Below the pieces are notes generated by a model. That model saw only the letters and a program-made list of their open reading frames with translations, was not told the origin of the DNA and did not search any database. DNA of 64,000 nucleotides from Macrostomum lignano (taxonomy: Eukaryota), in the NCBI GenBank assembly GCA_002269645.1, contig NIVC01002246.1, forward strand, positions 232,745 to 296,744. Direction: 5' to 3'. The stretch's first letter is position 1; the number at the start of each line of letters is the position of its first letter. Position numbers and translations under genes: made by a program. Below, in pieces: positions 20,421 to 31,923 of the stretch.

Positions 20421-21610
20421 GTCGTGAGTGCTGCTCGAAGTACACCAGTGTTTGTATATTCCATCAATGCAAACGGTTGAACATGTGCAGGGCCGTGTCT
20501 GTACGGCAGATTCCCACGAATAAGATATTATTCATGGGTCAGTAACCAAACTACTAAGGAAAACTGCCCTGTGTAACTATTTATTGATTCTTCAAGCTTG
20601 TCATTTAAGTAAGAAATTTCCCTTGTCTATACTTTGCCTTGAATTCCCTTCATGCATCCTTTGCTTCAATTGTATTTACTTTATCTCAATTGCTCATTAC
20701 TTTTTAATAAACTGCAAGAATTCCCTGCTTCAATCGTACTTTTAAATCATTTCATGAATAGTTTCCCTCAATTGTAAATTTCAGCTACGACTTCTTTGCT
20801 CCAATTGAAACATTTTTTTCATGCATGCCTTCAATCTTCATCCCTTTTATCTGGCCGAATTCGAATATTTTAGCTATTCTTACATATTTCTGGTTTCTTG
20901 TAATAAGTTTATCGCTATGGTTTAACTTAAAAATATAATTTAATTCAACAATACTTACAAACAAATACTCATGAATTGTCTCTCACATCATAACACTATA
21001 GAGCAAGTATAAACAAGTAAACAAGTATCCTACACCGTTTTTACCATAGACAACTAAGCAATCTTCAATAGCCAATCGGTGGGTGCGAACGGGGGCTTCG
21101 CGAGGCAAAATTACACCCCTAAATTTAATGCAGACGAGCAATCTATGGTTTATTTTATTCATCCATGGCTCAAAGCCGCTCGAAAATTAATAAGCATATA
21201 CTGTACGGGGCCGGACTCGGGCTCTAGACATATTTCTATCGAACTTTTGCATTAAGTAAAATTGATTGAAAAAACAAAAGTAAAAGTTCCCAACATCGCA
21301 CTTTATTCATTACGAAAGAGTTTTGTTAAATCGCAGCCTCAGTTGTTTTTACTTTAGTCGAGTAGGGTCGTAAAGACCCAAAGGTATTCTCAGTTCGTAA
21401 AGCACGATCGAACTTAAGGAAAAGCCGTAAAGGCTCATGGCAAAGCCATAAAGGCTCAGGGATAAGCTGTAAAAGCTCGAAATAAGCTAGCTGTAATAGC
21501 TCAGGCTAGGAAATTGAAGCTGTAAAACAAGGGAAAGGCATTTTTCAAAACGAAATTAAGGGCAAAATTAATTTGCACAAAATTAAATAATCTACCGAAC
21601 AAACATATAA

Positions 21611-22369
<759 letters not shown>

Positions 22370-22656
22370 AACATATAATGCGATTATAACTTGCACATAA
22401 ACTAAAACATCAGTAACATATCTTTATCAAAAGATAGGAAAGAACAGGTTTTTATAATTTAATAACAGTCATAGTTGGAATCAGAATAGAAATTAAGTGA
22501 TGCATATTGCCAAAAAATTTGCATTCAAACGATGAAAAAATGGAGAAATGAGTTGAGCAGTATTTAAGGAGATGTGAATCTTCCATACAAAGTCAAAAAG
22601 TCACAAAGTGAGTTTTAGTATATAGAAAAGACTTGTAGCAGGTAGACCCACTTTGA

Positions 22657-25330
22657 GTGATAAAAATTGACAGTTCTCGCAATTTTGCGGATGATGCGAA
22701 TAAGGACGTCGGCCTGTTGCGAGATGTCCTTTTGAAGAACCTTCGAATGGCAACCAAGAAGAAGGTTGACGAGAATCGACGACTAGGGAGTGACGGTGGC
22801 ACTGAAAAGCAATTAACGGTTTTGGACTACCTGATCCTGGATATCATTGGGAAAGACAGTGCCGGTGTGACTGGACTGCTTGTCGACGATTCTACCCCAG
22901 GGTCGCCAACAAGGGAGAAGGAAGAGACGCCAACAAGGGAGAAGGAAAGGACGCCGACAAAGGAGAAGGAAGGGACGCCGACAAGGGAGAAGGAAAGGAC
23001 GCCGACAAGGGAGAAGGAAAGGACGCCGACAAAGGAGAAGGAAGGGACGCCGACAAGGGAGAAGGAAAGGACGCCGACAAGGGAGAAGGAAGGGACGCCG
23101 ACAAGGGAGAAGGAAAGGACGCCGACAAAGGAGAAGGAAGAGACGCCGACAAAGGAGAAGGAAGGGACGCCGACAAAGGACAAGGAAGAGACGCCGACAA
23201 AGGAGAAGGAAGAGACGCCGACAAAGGAGAAGGAAAGGACGCCGACAAAGGAGAAGGAAAGGACGCCGACAAAGGAGAAGGAAAGGACGCCGACAAAGGA
23301 GAAGGAAGAGACGCCAACAAGGGAGAAGGAAAGGACGCCGACAAAGGAAAAGGAAGAGACGCCAACAAGGGAGAAGGAAAGGACGCCGACAAAGGAGAAG
23401 GAAGGGACGCCAACAAGGGAGAAGGAAAGGACGCCGACAAAGGAGAAGGAAGAGACGCCGACAAGGGAGAAGGAAAGGACGCCGACAAAGGAGAAGGAAG
23501 GGACGCCGACAAGGGAGAAGGAAAGGACGCCGACAAAGGAGAAGGAAGAGACGCCGACAAGGGAGAAGGAAAGGACGCCGACAAAGGAGAAGGAAGGGAC
23601 GCCGACAAGGGAGAAGGAAAGGACGCCGACAAAGGAGAAGGAAGAGACGCCGACAAAGGAGAAGGAAGGGACGCCGACAAAGGACAAGGAAGAGACGCCG
23701 ACAAAGGAGAAGGAAGAGACGCCGACAAAGGAGAAGGAAGGGACGCCGACAAAGGACAAGGAAGAGACGCCGACAAAGGAGAAGGAAGGGACGCCGACAA
23801 AGGACAAGGAAGAGACGCCGACAAAGGAGAAGGAAGAGACGCCGACAAAGGAGAAGGAAGAGACGCCGACAAAGGAGAAGGAAGGGACGCCGACAAAGGA
23901 GAAGGAAAGGACGCCGACAAAGGAGAAGGAAAGGACGCCGACAAAGGAGAAGGAAAGGACGCCGACAAAGGAGAAGGAAAGGACGCCGACAAAGGAGAAG
24001 GAAGAGACGCCGACAAAGGAGAAGGAAGAGACGCCGACAAAGGAGAAGGAAGAGACGCCGACAAAGGAGAAGGAAGAGACGCCGACAAAGGAGAAGGAAG
24101 AGACGCCGACAAGGGAGAAGGAAAGGACGCCGACAAAGGAGAAGGAAGAGACGCCGACAAAGGAGAAGGAAAGGACGCCGACAAAGGAGAAGGAAGGGAC
24201 GCCGACAAGGGAGAAGGAAAGGACGCCGACAAAGGAGAAGAAAGGGACGCCGACAAGGGAGAAGGAAAGGACGCCGACAAAGGAGAAGGAAGAGACGCCG
24301 ACAAGGGAGAAGGAAAGGACGCCGACAAAGGAGAAGGAAGAGACGCCGACAAGGGAGAAGGAAAGGACGCCGACAAAGGAGAAGGAAGGGACGCCGACAA
24401 GGGAGAAGGAAAGGACGCCGACAAAGGAGAAGGAAGAGACGCCGACAAGGGAGAAGGAAAGGACGCCGACAAAGGAGAAGGAAGGGACGCCGACAAGGGA
24501 GAAGGAAAGGACGCCGACAAAGGAGAAGGAAGAGACGCCGACAAAGGAGAAGGAAGGGACGCCGACAAAGGACAAGGAAGAGACGCCGACAAAGGAGAAG
24601 GAAGGGACGCCGACAAAGGACAAGGAAGAGACGCCGACAAAGGAGAAGGAAGAGACGCCGACAAAGGAGAAGGAAGAGACGCCGACAAAGGAGAAGGAAG
24701 GGACGCCGACAAAGGAGAAGGAAAGGACGCCGACAAAGGAGAAGGAAAGGACGCCGACAAAGGAGAAGGAAAGGACGCCGACAAAGGAGAAGGAAAGGAC
24801 GCCGACAAAGGAGAAGGAAGAGACGCCGACAAAGGAGAAGGAAGGGACGCCGACAAAGGAGAAGGAAGAGACGCCGACAAAGGAGAAGGAAAGGACGCCG
24901 ACAAAGGACAAGGAAGAGACGCCGACAAGGGAGAAGGAAGGGACGCCGACAAAGGAGAAGGAAGGGACGCCGACAAAGGAGAAGGAAGGGACGCCGACAA
25001 AGGAGAAGGAAGAGACGCCGACAAAGGAGAAGGAAGGGACGCCGACAAAGGAGAAGGAAGAGACGCCGACAAAGGAGAAGGAAAGGACGCCGACAAAGGA
25101 CAAGGAAGAGACGCCGACAAGGGAGAAGGAAGGGACGCCGACAAAGGAGAAGGAAGAGACGCCGACAAAGGAGAAGGAAGAGACGCCGACAAAGGAGAAG
25201 GAAGGGATGCCGACAAAGACTCGTGACGGCAGGTTCAGTCTAGAATACCCAATACCAAGTACATCAGTGCAGGTACCATCAATGTACCGATTATTGGAGG
25301 AGTCGGCTACTGCGGTGTCGGCAGAACTGG
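22657..25330 (+). CDS. Myb/SANT-like (Harbinger accessory-type) protein exon with a large TPT(K/R) repeat tract; C-terminus cut by a Gypsy insertion
   Basis: KNLRMATKKKVDENRRLGSDGGTEKQLTVLDYLILDIIGKDS resembles the end of Harbinger-associated Myb/SANT domains; the frame stays open through the repeat. Confidence 0.55.
22905..25218 (+). repeat. 24-bp coding minisatellite, ~96 units, (E/G/R)TPT(K/R)(E/D)KE
   Basis: Unit ACGCCGACAAAGGAGAAGGAAGAG; higher-order block duplications visible. Confidence 0.97.
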
Positions 25331-26600
25331 GAGGCAGCGGAAAGCTGCATCAACAGCCAAAAGAGTTGTTCAGCCAAAATCTTAGGAATGCAGGTCACTG
25401 ATGCTCCAGAGTCCACCATCATAGCAACGTCCTTATCGTTCAGTTTTACATTGATCCAGACGCTTGATCTGTCCCGGTCATCGCATAAGCTAAAAGCTCA
25501 TTGTCTTTGGCTGGTTTATCCTCCTCGATTCCTGCACAATCTCGCCTTGACAGCTTTCCTTTAATGGAGCCGGATGCCATCCTTCCATGTGAGCTAGCTG
25601 GCTTATTAAGCTTACATGCAGCTTCAAAGTGGTTCATTTTCCCACATTTTCGACATTTTGCTCCAAACGCAGGGCATGCCTTTGGCGGGTGCCTCTTCAT
25701 ACAGAAATTGCAAGCCTTGCTGAATGTGCGTCCCTGTGCTTGGGCCCTGTTTTGTTGTCGTACTCTGCCCTTGGTCGCACTGACTGTTTCCACCTTTCCA
25801 TTAACGCTTAAGGCACTCTTGCTTACTTGCTCTTGCGCCGTGGCAGTCTCCACCGCCAGCTCCAGGGCCAGCGGGTCTTTGATAAGCAGCTCTTTCACCA
25901 CCGACTCACTGCGCAATCCTGCCACGAATCTGTCTCGCAAAGCTTCCTGTAGGAAATCTCCGAATTGACATCGGTCTGCTTGAGCACGTAACCTGTTCTC
26001 AAAATCTGCCGCTGATTCGTATTCATCTTGCTTCAGTAAGTTAAACTTGTAGCGCTCAGCTACAACCAGTTTCTTCTGCGGCACGACATGCTTCTCAATT
26101 TCATCCTTCAATTCCTTGAAGGTCTTGTTCTCTGGCTTCGCCGGAGCGACCAGGTTCCGCAGCTTGTCGTAGGCAGTTTCCCCCATGAGGCTTATGAAGA
26201 AGTCGGTCTTGGGCGAAAACCCTTCCTCCTTCTCATCCTTCACGCCGGATCTCCTGCAGACGGCTTCAAACCGCTCGATCCAGGCCTCGAATTTGTCCTC
26301 TGTCCAGGAAAGCTCCCGCAGGTTCTCTCGAGACAGCGACGCCATTGTTATGTTTTCTCAGGTTACTTCAATATACTTAAGGCATTAATTATTAGTGCTG
26401 ATATCCTAGCAGACGTTTCCGCGGCTCCAAGGTTCTTAGTCTTGCTCTTATTCCTCTTTATTTCACATTCTCACAGCGGGCTTTTAACCCAAGCCTGTTT
26501 TGCAGCTTCATTTAGTCCATAGATAAAACAAAACGCGTCAAACTGCATATGCAATTAAAATAATATCAATATTATAGTCACGTCATATCAGATGACACAA
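25330..26600 (-). mobile_element. Truncated Gypsy-type element C: 5' LTR, PBS, gag and start of protease
   Basis: LTR end ...CATAACA followed by PBS-like TGGCGTCGCTG overlapping the gag ATG (26345); gag with CX2CX4HX4C-like knuckles; MVDSGASVT protease motif just after the gag stop. Outer boundaries approximate. Confidence 0.8.
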
Positions 26601-26649
26601 AAATGAGAATTATTAGCTTAGATATGTCATACCTTTAATTTTAATAACT

Positions 26650-28980
26650 CGCTTATAATAAAACTACTGTGGAAGTTTTCAACAAAACTGTAAAAATTGC
26701 TTGTACTAAGTAAGCTTGTTCCCAATGAAGCCGGAATAGTCTAATTAAATGACTTATTAGGGACAATTTCCAAGTAGGAAAAGATGTAAACACTGGAGCA
26801 TCTGTAAGAAACGAGTAAAGCAGGATGGTACAATGAGTAGGTAGGTAGGTAGTTAGGTAGGTGGTTAGGTACATGTGGGTAGGTGATGAAAAGGAACGGC
26901 CAGTTAAGTGATTGTGCCTGAATAGGAGACTCAGAACTGTGGTACATTCACTTGCACGAGACTGCAATAGAGCCGGAAAAAATCATACACGAATAATGCA
27001 ACGCATAACAATTCAGTGAATAACAAACATTAACATAAACAAAAATTTAACGATCAGATTACGTAATAACGGTTTTGATTCATCTAATGGTTTAAAGGTA
27101 ATAAAGCTAATAGCTAATAGTTAGTGCGAGTGCCAGTGTGGAAAACAGGCACCTAGGCAAAGGGCTGGAACTCCCGGGCAGGCTTCGCAAACGAATATTG
27201 TCTTCTTGACCTGGCTAGCTACATAGCACACAAGATATCTTTTGCGTGGTCGGACCTGGTCTCCGATTCTTGGAGCCTTGCTTGGTGAATGGGCGTCAGC
27301 ACCATCTCCTCCGCCAATAGCAAGAGCGCCAGCACCACCAAGTGTCCTCCACAAGACTCTTTATTGCCAGCCTCAGAAACTGCAGAAAGGTCTTTGTGCC
27401 ATCTGACTGTCGGTAGATCACCCACGAGTTCCGCACAAGCATCGCAAGAAGATGAAACCCCAGCTTGTGGAACCAGCGCATGCTCTTTTGGTTCGCGAGA
27501 TACGGGTGCATTGAGGCGTCCAAATGGTCAATCCCGCCCATACTGGAAGACTAGGCAAGCACGCTAGCAGGCTTTTGCACCACCTGCATTGCACCACCGC
27601 GACGGTTGCGTTGAACCTGAATGCATTCTGCCTTGCCCGCCGTGTCCAGCAAATACAGGGTCTTGGTGCCGCTTTGCTTCCTGTCGACAAATTTACACGC
27701 CAAGAGGTCACCTGAACGTGCGAATGCAGATGAAGTTTGGTGGATGTTGACTGCCTGCAAATCAGCGGGAATGCCGCGATCCTTCCGCACCGTCCCAGTC
27801 AGCAGCGTATCGTGTTGCAGCAACCAATCGGCCAGCCGGCGTGATGTAAACCAACTATCAGTGAACACATGATGTCCGAGATGGAGGAGACTGCGGCACA
27901 GCTCTGCCACAACTCTCTCGCTCATACTCAAGCCTTGACAACCGAGTCCTTCACCAAACTGTTAATTAACCTCAGGAGACGTGTGTATGACGAAGTTCCA
28001 TATATATGAACTCTCAGTCTCGCAGAGGCAGTACAGCTTTATGCCATACTTGCTTCGCTTCGACGGGATATATTGCTTGAAAGCAACTCTCCCTTTGTAA
28101 AGCACCAGCGTCTCATCAATTAAAAGTCGCTGTCGGGGCATGTAGTTATTGCTGCAGAGGTGCCTCACACGATCGAGAAAGGGCTCCATCTTTGCCAATG
28201 GACCAGCACCTAAAGCCTCGGAGCAGTCGTAGAAACGGAGTCACGACAGGAGCTGCTTAAATCGGTCTCTTGATAGAGAGAAATGCTTGGAAAGAAACGG
28301 GAAGTGAAAGATCAGGTCGGTTGACCAGTAGCTGGCTATTTCTGGCTTCTTGTCGACTCTCATGAGCAGCACAATGCCCACCAACATTCGAGCTTCATTA
28401 GTGGAGCAATCCCGCCAGTTTAACACCAGCTTCGGTACAGCATCCTGAGTCTCTGCCTCCTGAGTCTTCCAAGCTTTTGCGTTGGTTCATCGGCTAATAT
28501 CTTCAAACAGTTGATCCGTCAGAAATAGCTTCAGGAAAGCTTCTTCGTTTCCATCCGCAGCATGTGGAGAATGCCAATCAGGTCGTGCACCGGGGGTACC
28601 GAGGAGTTCAGGCAAGGCTGATGGTCGATTATCAGTGTCAGCTTGAACCATGTGCCACTCACCAACATGCTCGACTCCTGGGTTCTCTACCTCATCTTCA
28701 AACTCATCAACAGCCTCGTCAGCAGTTGAGTAATAGCTAGACAAATCAGCTGAATCCGAACTTGCACCAGAATCCATGGTTTGTTGATAAACGATTAGTT
28801 TGAATGGATCTTGGAAACTCTATGCTAGAACTCTATGAAATGAATTTGACTTTAACAGCTCCCGACGTCTACGGGTGTGAAAGATAGGATGAGAAAATTT
28901 TTCTAGTTTGTCTATGGCCCGATTTCGGACCAAGCCGTCGGGAACGGGTATGCTAGCAGGCAAAGCCAGTATTGTAGTGG
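26650..28980 (-). mobile_element. piggyBac (PGBD4-like) element, decayed; one terminus at TTAA 28981-28984
   Basis: Pseudo-ORF 28777-27121 with LIDETLV, FTDSWFTS, GGIDHLD and a C-terminal Cys-rich domain, several stops; the TTAA junction interrupts the Harbinger transposase. The second TIR was not found. Confidence 0.85.
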
Positions 28981-28984
28981 TTAA

Positions 28985-29213
28985 CCACCTCTGCAGCAAA
29001 ATTGGGACCGATGACTCTGAGCATGCGCAGACATGGGAATCGGATCTTTAATAATCCTATAATACGCTCCACCAGTGAGCAGGTCACTTTTAAGGATCTG
29101 TTGAAGGCCCTGGAAGCGTCCGGCAAATTGTCACCAAGAACGGGTGGTATTAGCCAATCCATGCACGGGTATATGGAGTCGCCCAGAAGCACGGCACCTG
29201 GGAAAGAGTGGAA
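28985..29213 (-). pseudogene. Harbinger-1 (HARBI1-like) transposase, 3' fragment
   Basis: FHSFPGAVLLGDSIYPCMDWLIPP...FNRSLKVTCSLVERIIGLLKIRFPCL; joins in frame to the 41331-41970 fragment when Gypsy A is removed (...EFENND|FHSF...). Confidence 0.85.
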
Positions 29214-30607
29214 ATCATTGTTGTGTATTGCATTGTGTATCGATTTATCGGGTGATTTGGTTTTACTGAGAGCTCAATCCATCCATTCAATAATGCTAAA
29301 ATGCTTCATTTATGCGCACTGGCTTTGTGTACGTTCTACAATGTACATCGCTCGCTTAGTTAAATATATAAGTCGGGGCTGGGCCAGTTTGAGCCATAAG
29401 AGTTTTTGACTAGCCTTACACACTGACTCTTGTCAACAAACTATTTTCTACTAGCTATTAAAGCAATGGAAGGACTGAGGCCTCCAGAGCCGATGGTTTT
29501 CGACACCAATCGAGCAGACAATTGGAGAAGATGGAGCAAAGCGATGGACTTTTATATGAAGGCTACAAAAAAGACAGAAGAAAGCGAAGAGGTTAAGATC
29601 GCAATACTGCTAACTGCACTTGGACCAGAAGGCCAAGAAGTGTACTCAAAATTTCCCGCAGAGGAGGCGAACTCATACTTACGACGACGTAATCAAGCAA
29701 TTCAAGGTATACATGTACTGCGAGCCGCTTTGCAACGAAACTTTCGATCGCTACCTGTTGAGAACCAGAACTCAGGCTGAGTCGGAGGCCTTCGATCAGT
29801 TCGTAGCCTCCCTTCGACAGCTCGTTACTAGGTGCAATTACGGAACACCGGCCAATGGCGAGACAGTCAGCGATAGCGTCATCCACGACCAGATTGTTAT
29901 AGGAGTCAGCGATCCGGCGCTGAAAGAGAGACTTCTGAGAGAGACGAACCTGACTCTCAACCGCGCTATTCAAATGGGTAGGGCTTCAGAGACGTCGAAG
30001 CGACAGGCGAGTTCTCTGGCCATAGCTCACGGCAGCTGAGCACCCCCTGCTGTGTCTGTTGACGCTCTCCAAGGCCGAACCAAGGCACCAGCTAGATCCT
30101 CGGGTCCAACCTCAAGGCCTAGCTGTGGCTACTGCTCTATGCAACACGAGCGGAGGAAGTGCCCGGCCTACGGAAAGAAGTGCAGCAGCTGTGGACGACT
30201 GAATCACTTTGCGTCAGCGTGCCGGTCTTCCAAGAGGGTCAACGAACTCCAAGACAAAAATCAACAGGACAAGCCAGGCTTTGATCAAGAACCAGACCTA
30301 GCGACAGTAATGACAGTTGAGACACCGGAAGCTGAGCCTCTGCATGGCCACTCAACAATGATGGTGAGTCTGTCAATAGAATATTCGGGTAAAGCCCTTC
30401 AGTTTAAAGTCGACACGGGAGCAGATGTAAATGTAATTCCACTGGGCAGCCTAACCCGTTTTCTTCATCGGCTAAAATCGAGCCCACGACATGGACGCTC
30501 ACTACGTACAACGGACAGCAGCTAGATGTTTTTGGACTGACATACCTGACTGTGTCTTCACCATGCCAGAAAAACAAAAGGCTGCAGTTCGTAGTTGTTG
30601 GAGAAAA

Positions 30608-31622
30608 TTATGTGTTCCTTATTACCAAGACTTTCTCAGTAATCAAGGAACAATCACTTCTAGCTACTTTGCTAGGCAACCCAGTTATCAAATGAAGGTA
30701 CTGCTTACCTTGACTCCGGTTTGAGAGATGTCCTTATAGCTCTAGGACTTCTTGACTCGTTAGACGTCTATGTTTCGTAAACCAGGTCCACGTTCCTTTA
30801 CTTCCACTGAAGTCGTTTCCGGCCGGTATCTGTCGTTTGGACCAATCAGAAGCTTCGTGTTATCAATGGGGATCCCTGCGCCTTAATGCGGTTTCAAATA
30901 AGCCTTCTCCTTCTAGCGGTGTCTTAATGCACCCTAGGTATAGCTCCGGTATTCGCTGATAGTCCTCTAAGATCTATCAGGGTAGTCCTTCTGGAGACTA
31001 CAACCAATGGAGTCTCAATAGACTCGAGAGTCTCAACAGACTCAAACACCTGGCGCAAATGAGTAAGGCTTACCGCAAGAACTCGACCGAGTCTCGATTT
31101 ACTTGGTCGGAAGGAAGACCTTTGGAGGCTTCCTCTCGGAGCTCTTCTTCCTTCTGGAAGGCAAAAATCTTGAGCTCCGGTCCGCTCCGGACCACTTGTA
31201 TTTATAGGCAATCGGACCCCAAATGAGGTCATTGAGTCTATTGTCTTAAATGTCAAAGGTTCACGGATTGGCTGCTGTCAAACATGGCAGGTTAGAAAGT
31301 TACTCCATTGGTTTAGTGTGAGCATGCATGATTGGTTACCGTAGCTGAGTTATTTTTAGATATCTTTGATTGGTTCATCTGAGTGCAGACTGAATGATGT
31401 ATCGCAACTGGGGTGTGAGCTGACAATCGCGGGTAACAGGTGATTGGGTGATTTCTAAAATTAGCATGCTCGAGATTTCTCTCTTCCTATTGGTTGATTT
31501 AAATATATGTATGGTTCAGCGCATATCTTTATACATGCTACTTAGTATACTACTGAAAAAAATGTGTAAGTAGTACATTAACACTTTTTATGTCTTTTTT
31601 ACGGGAGGTGGAACACTCTACA
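30608..31622 (-). mobile_element. Unclassified ~1-kb non-coding insertion (solo-LTR-like) in the Gypsy A protease/RT linker
   Basis: Removal restores GGA GAA AAC TCC ACC CCG (VVGENSTPILG). Subterminal GTGTTCC/GGAACAC; TATA (CCTATAAATAC at ~31200) and several CCAAT boxes on the minus strand. Confidence 0.55.
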
Positions 31623-31923
31623 AAAACTCCACCCCGATACTAGGCTGGAGGTTAGCGCTTCACGAGCTAAAACTCATCAAGAAGCTTTTTGCCATAGACA
31701 AGAGCCAACCTAGCCTGACCAAAGTAGAGAAGTCTCAGATTACTACGAGTCAACTTTTTACCGACTATCCAACCGTTTTTAAGGGTGTTGGGTGTATGAA
31801 ACAGCAGTACAGCATTCGGTTGACTGAAAATGCCGTCCCAAAAGACCAGCCACCACGGAAGTCCCATTTGCTGCCTATCAGCCACTGAAGTGCGAGCTAG
31901 AGCGTCTCGAAAAAGAAGGAACC

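Larger units (their letters stand above)
15882..21167 (+). mobile_element. P-element-like (THAP) DNA transposon, internally deleted, with nested elements
   Basis: About 130-bp imperfect TIRs starting CATGGATGAATAAAA; exact 8-bp TSD GCTCAAAG at 15874-15881 and 21168-21175; contains a THAP plus P-type transposase remnant. Confidence 0.88.

Noticed and set aside
22827-25243. Three further 750-790 aa ORFs (SFVGV, RRQRRRK and SASLP repeats)
   Set aside because: Alternative frames of the stop-free 24-bp repeat; only the 22657 frame connects to a domain-like sequence.
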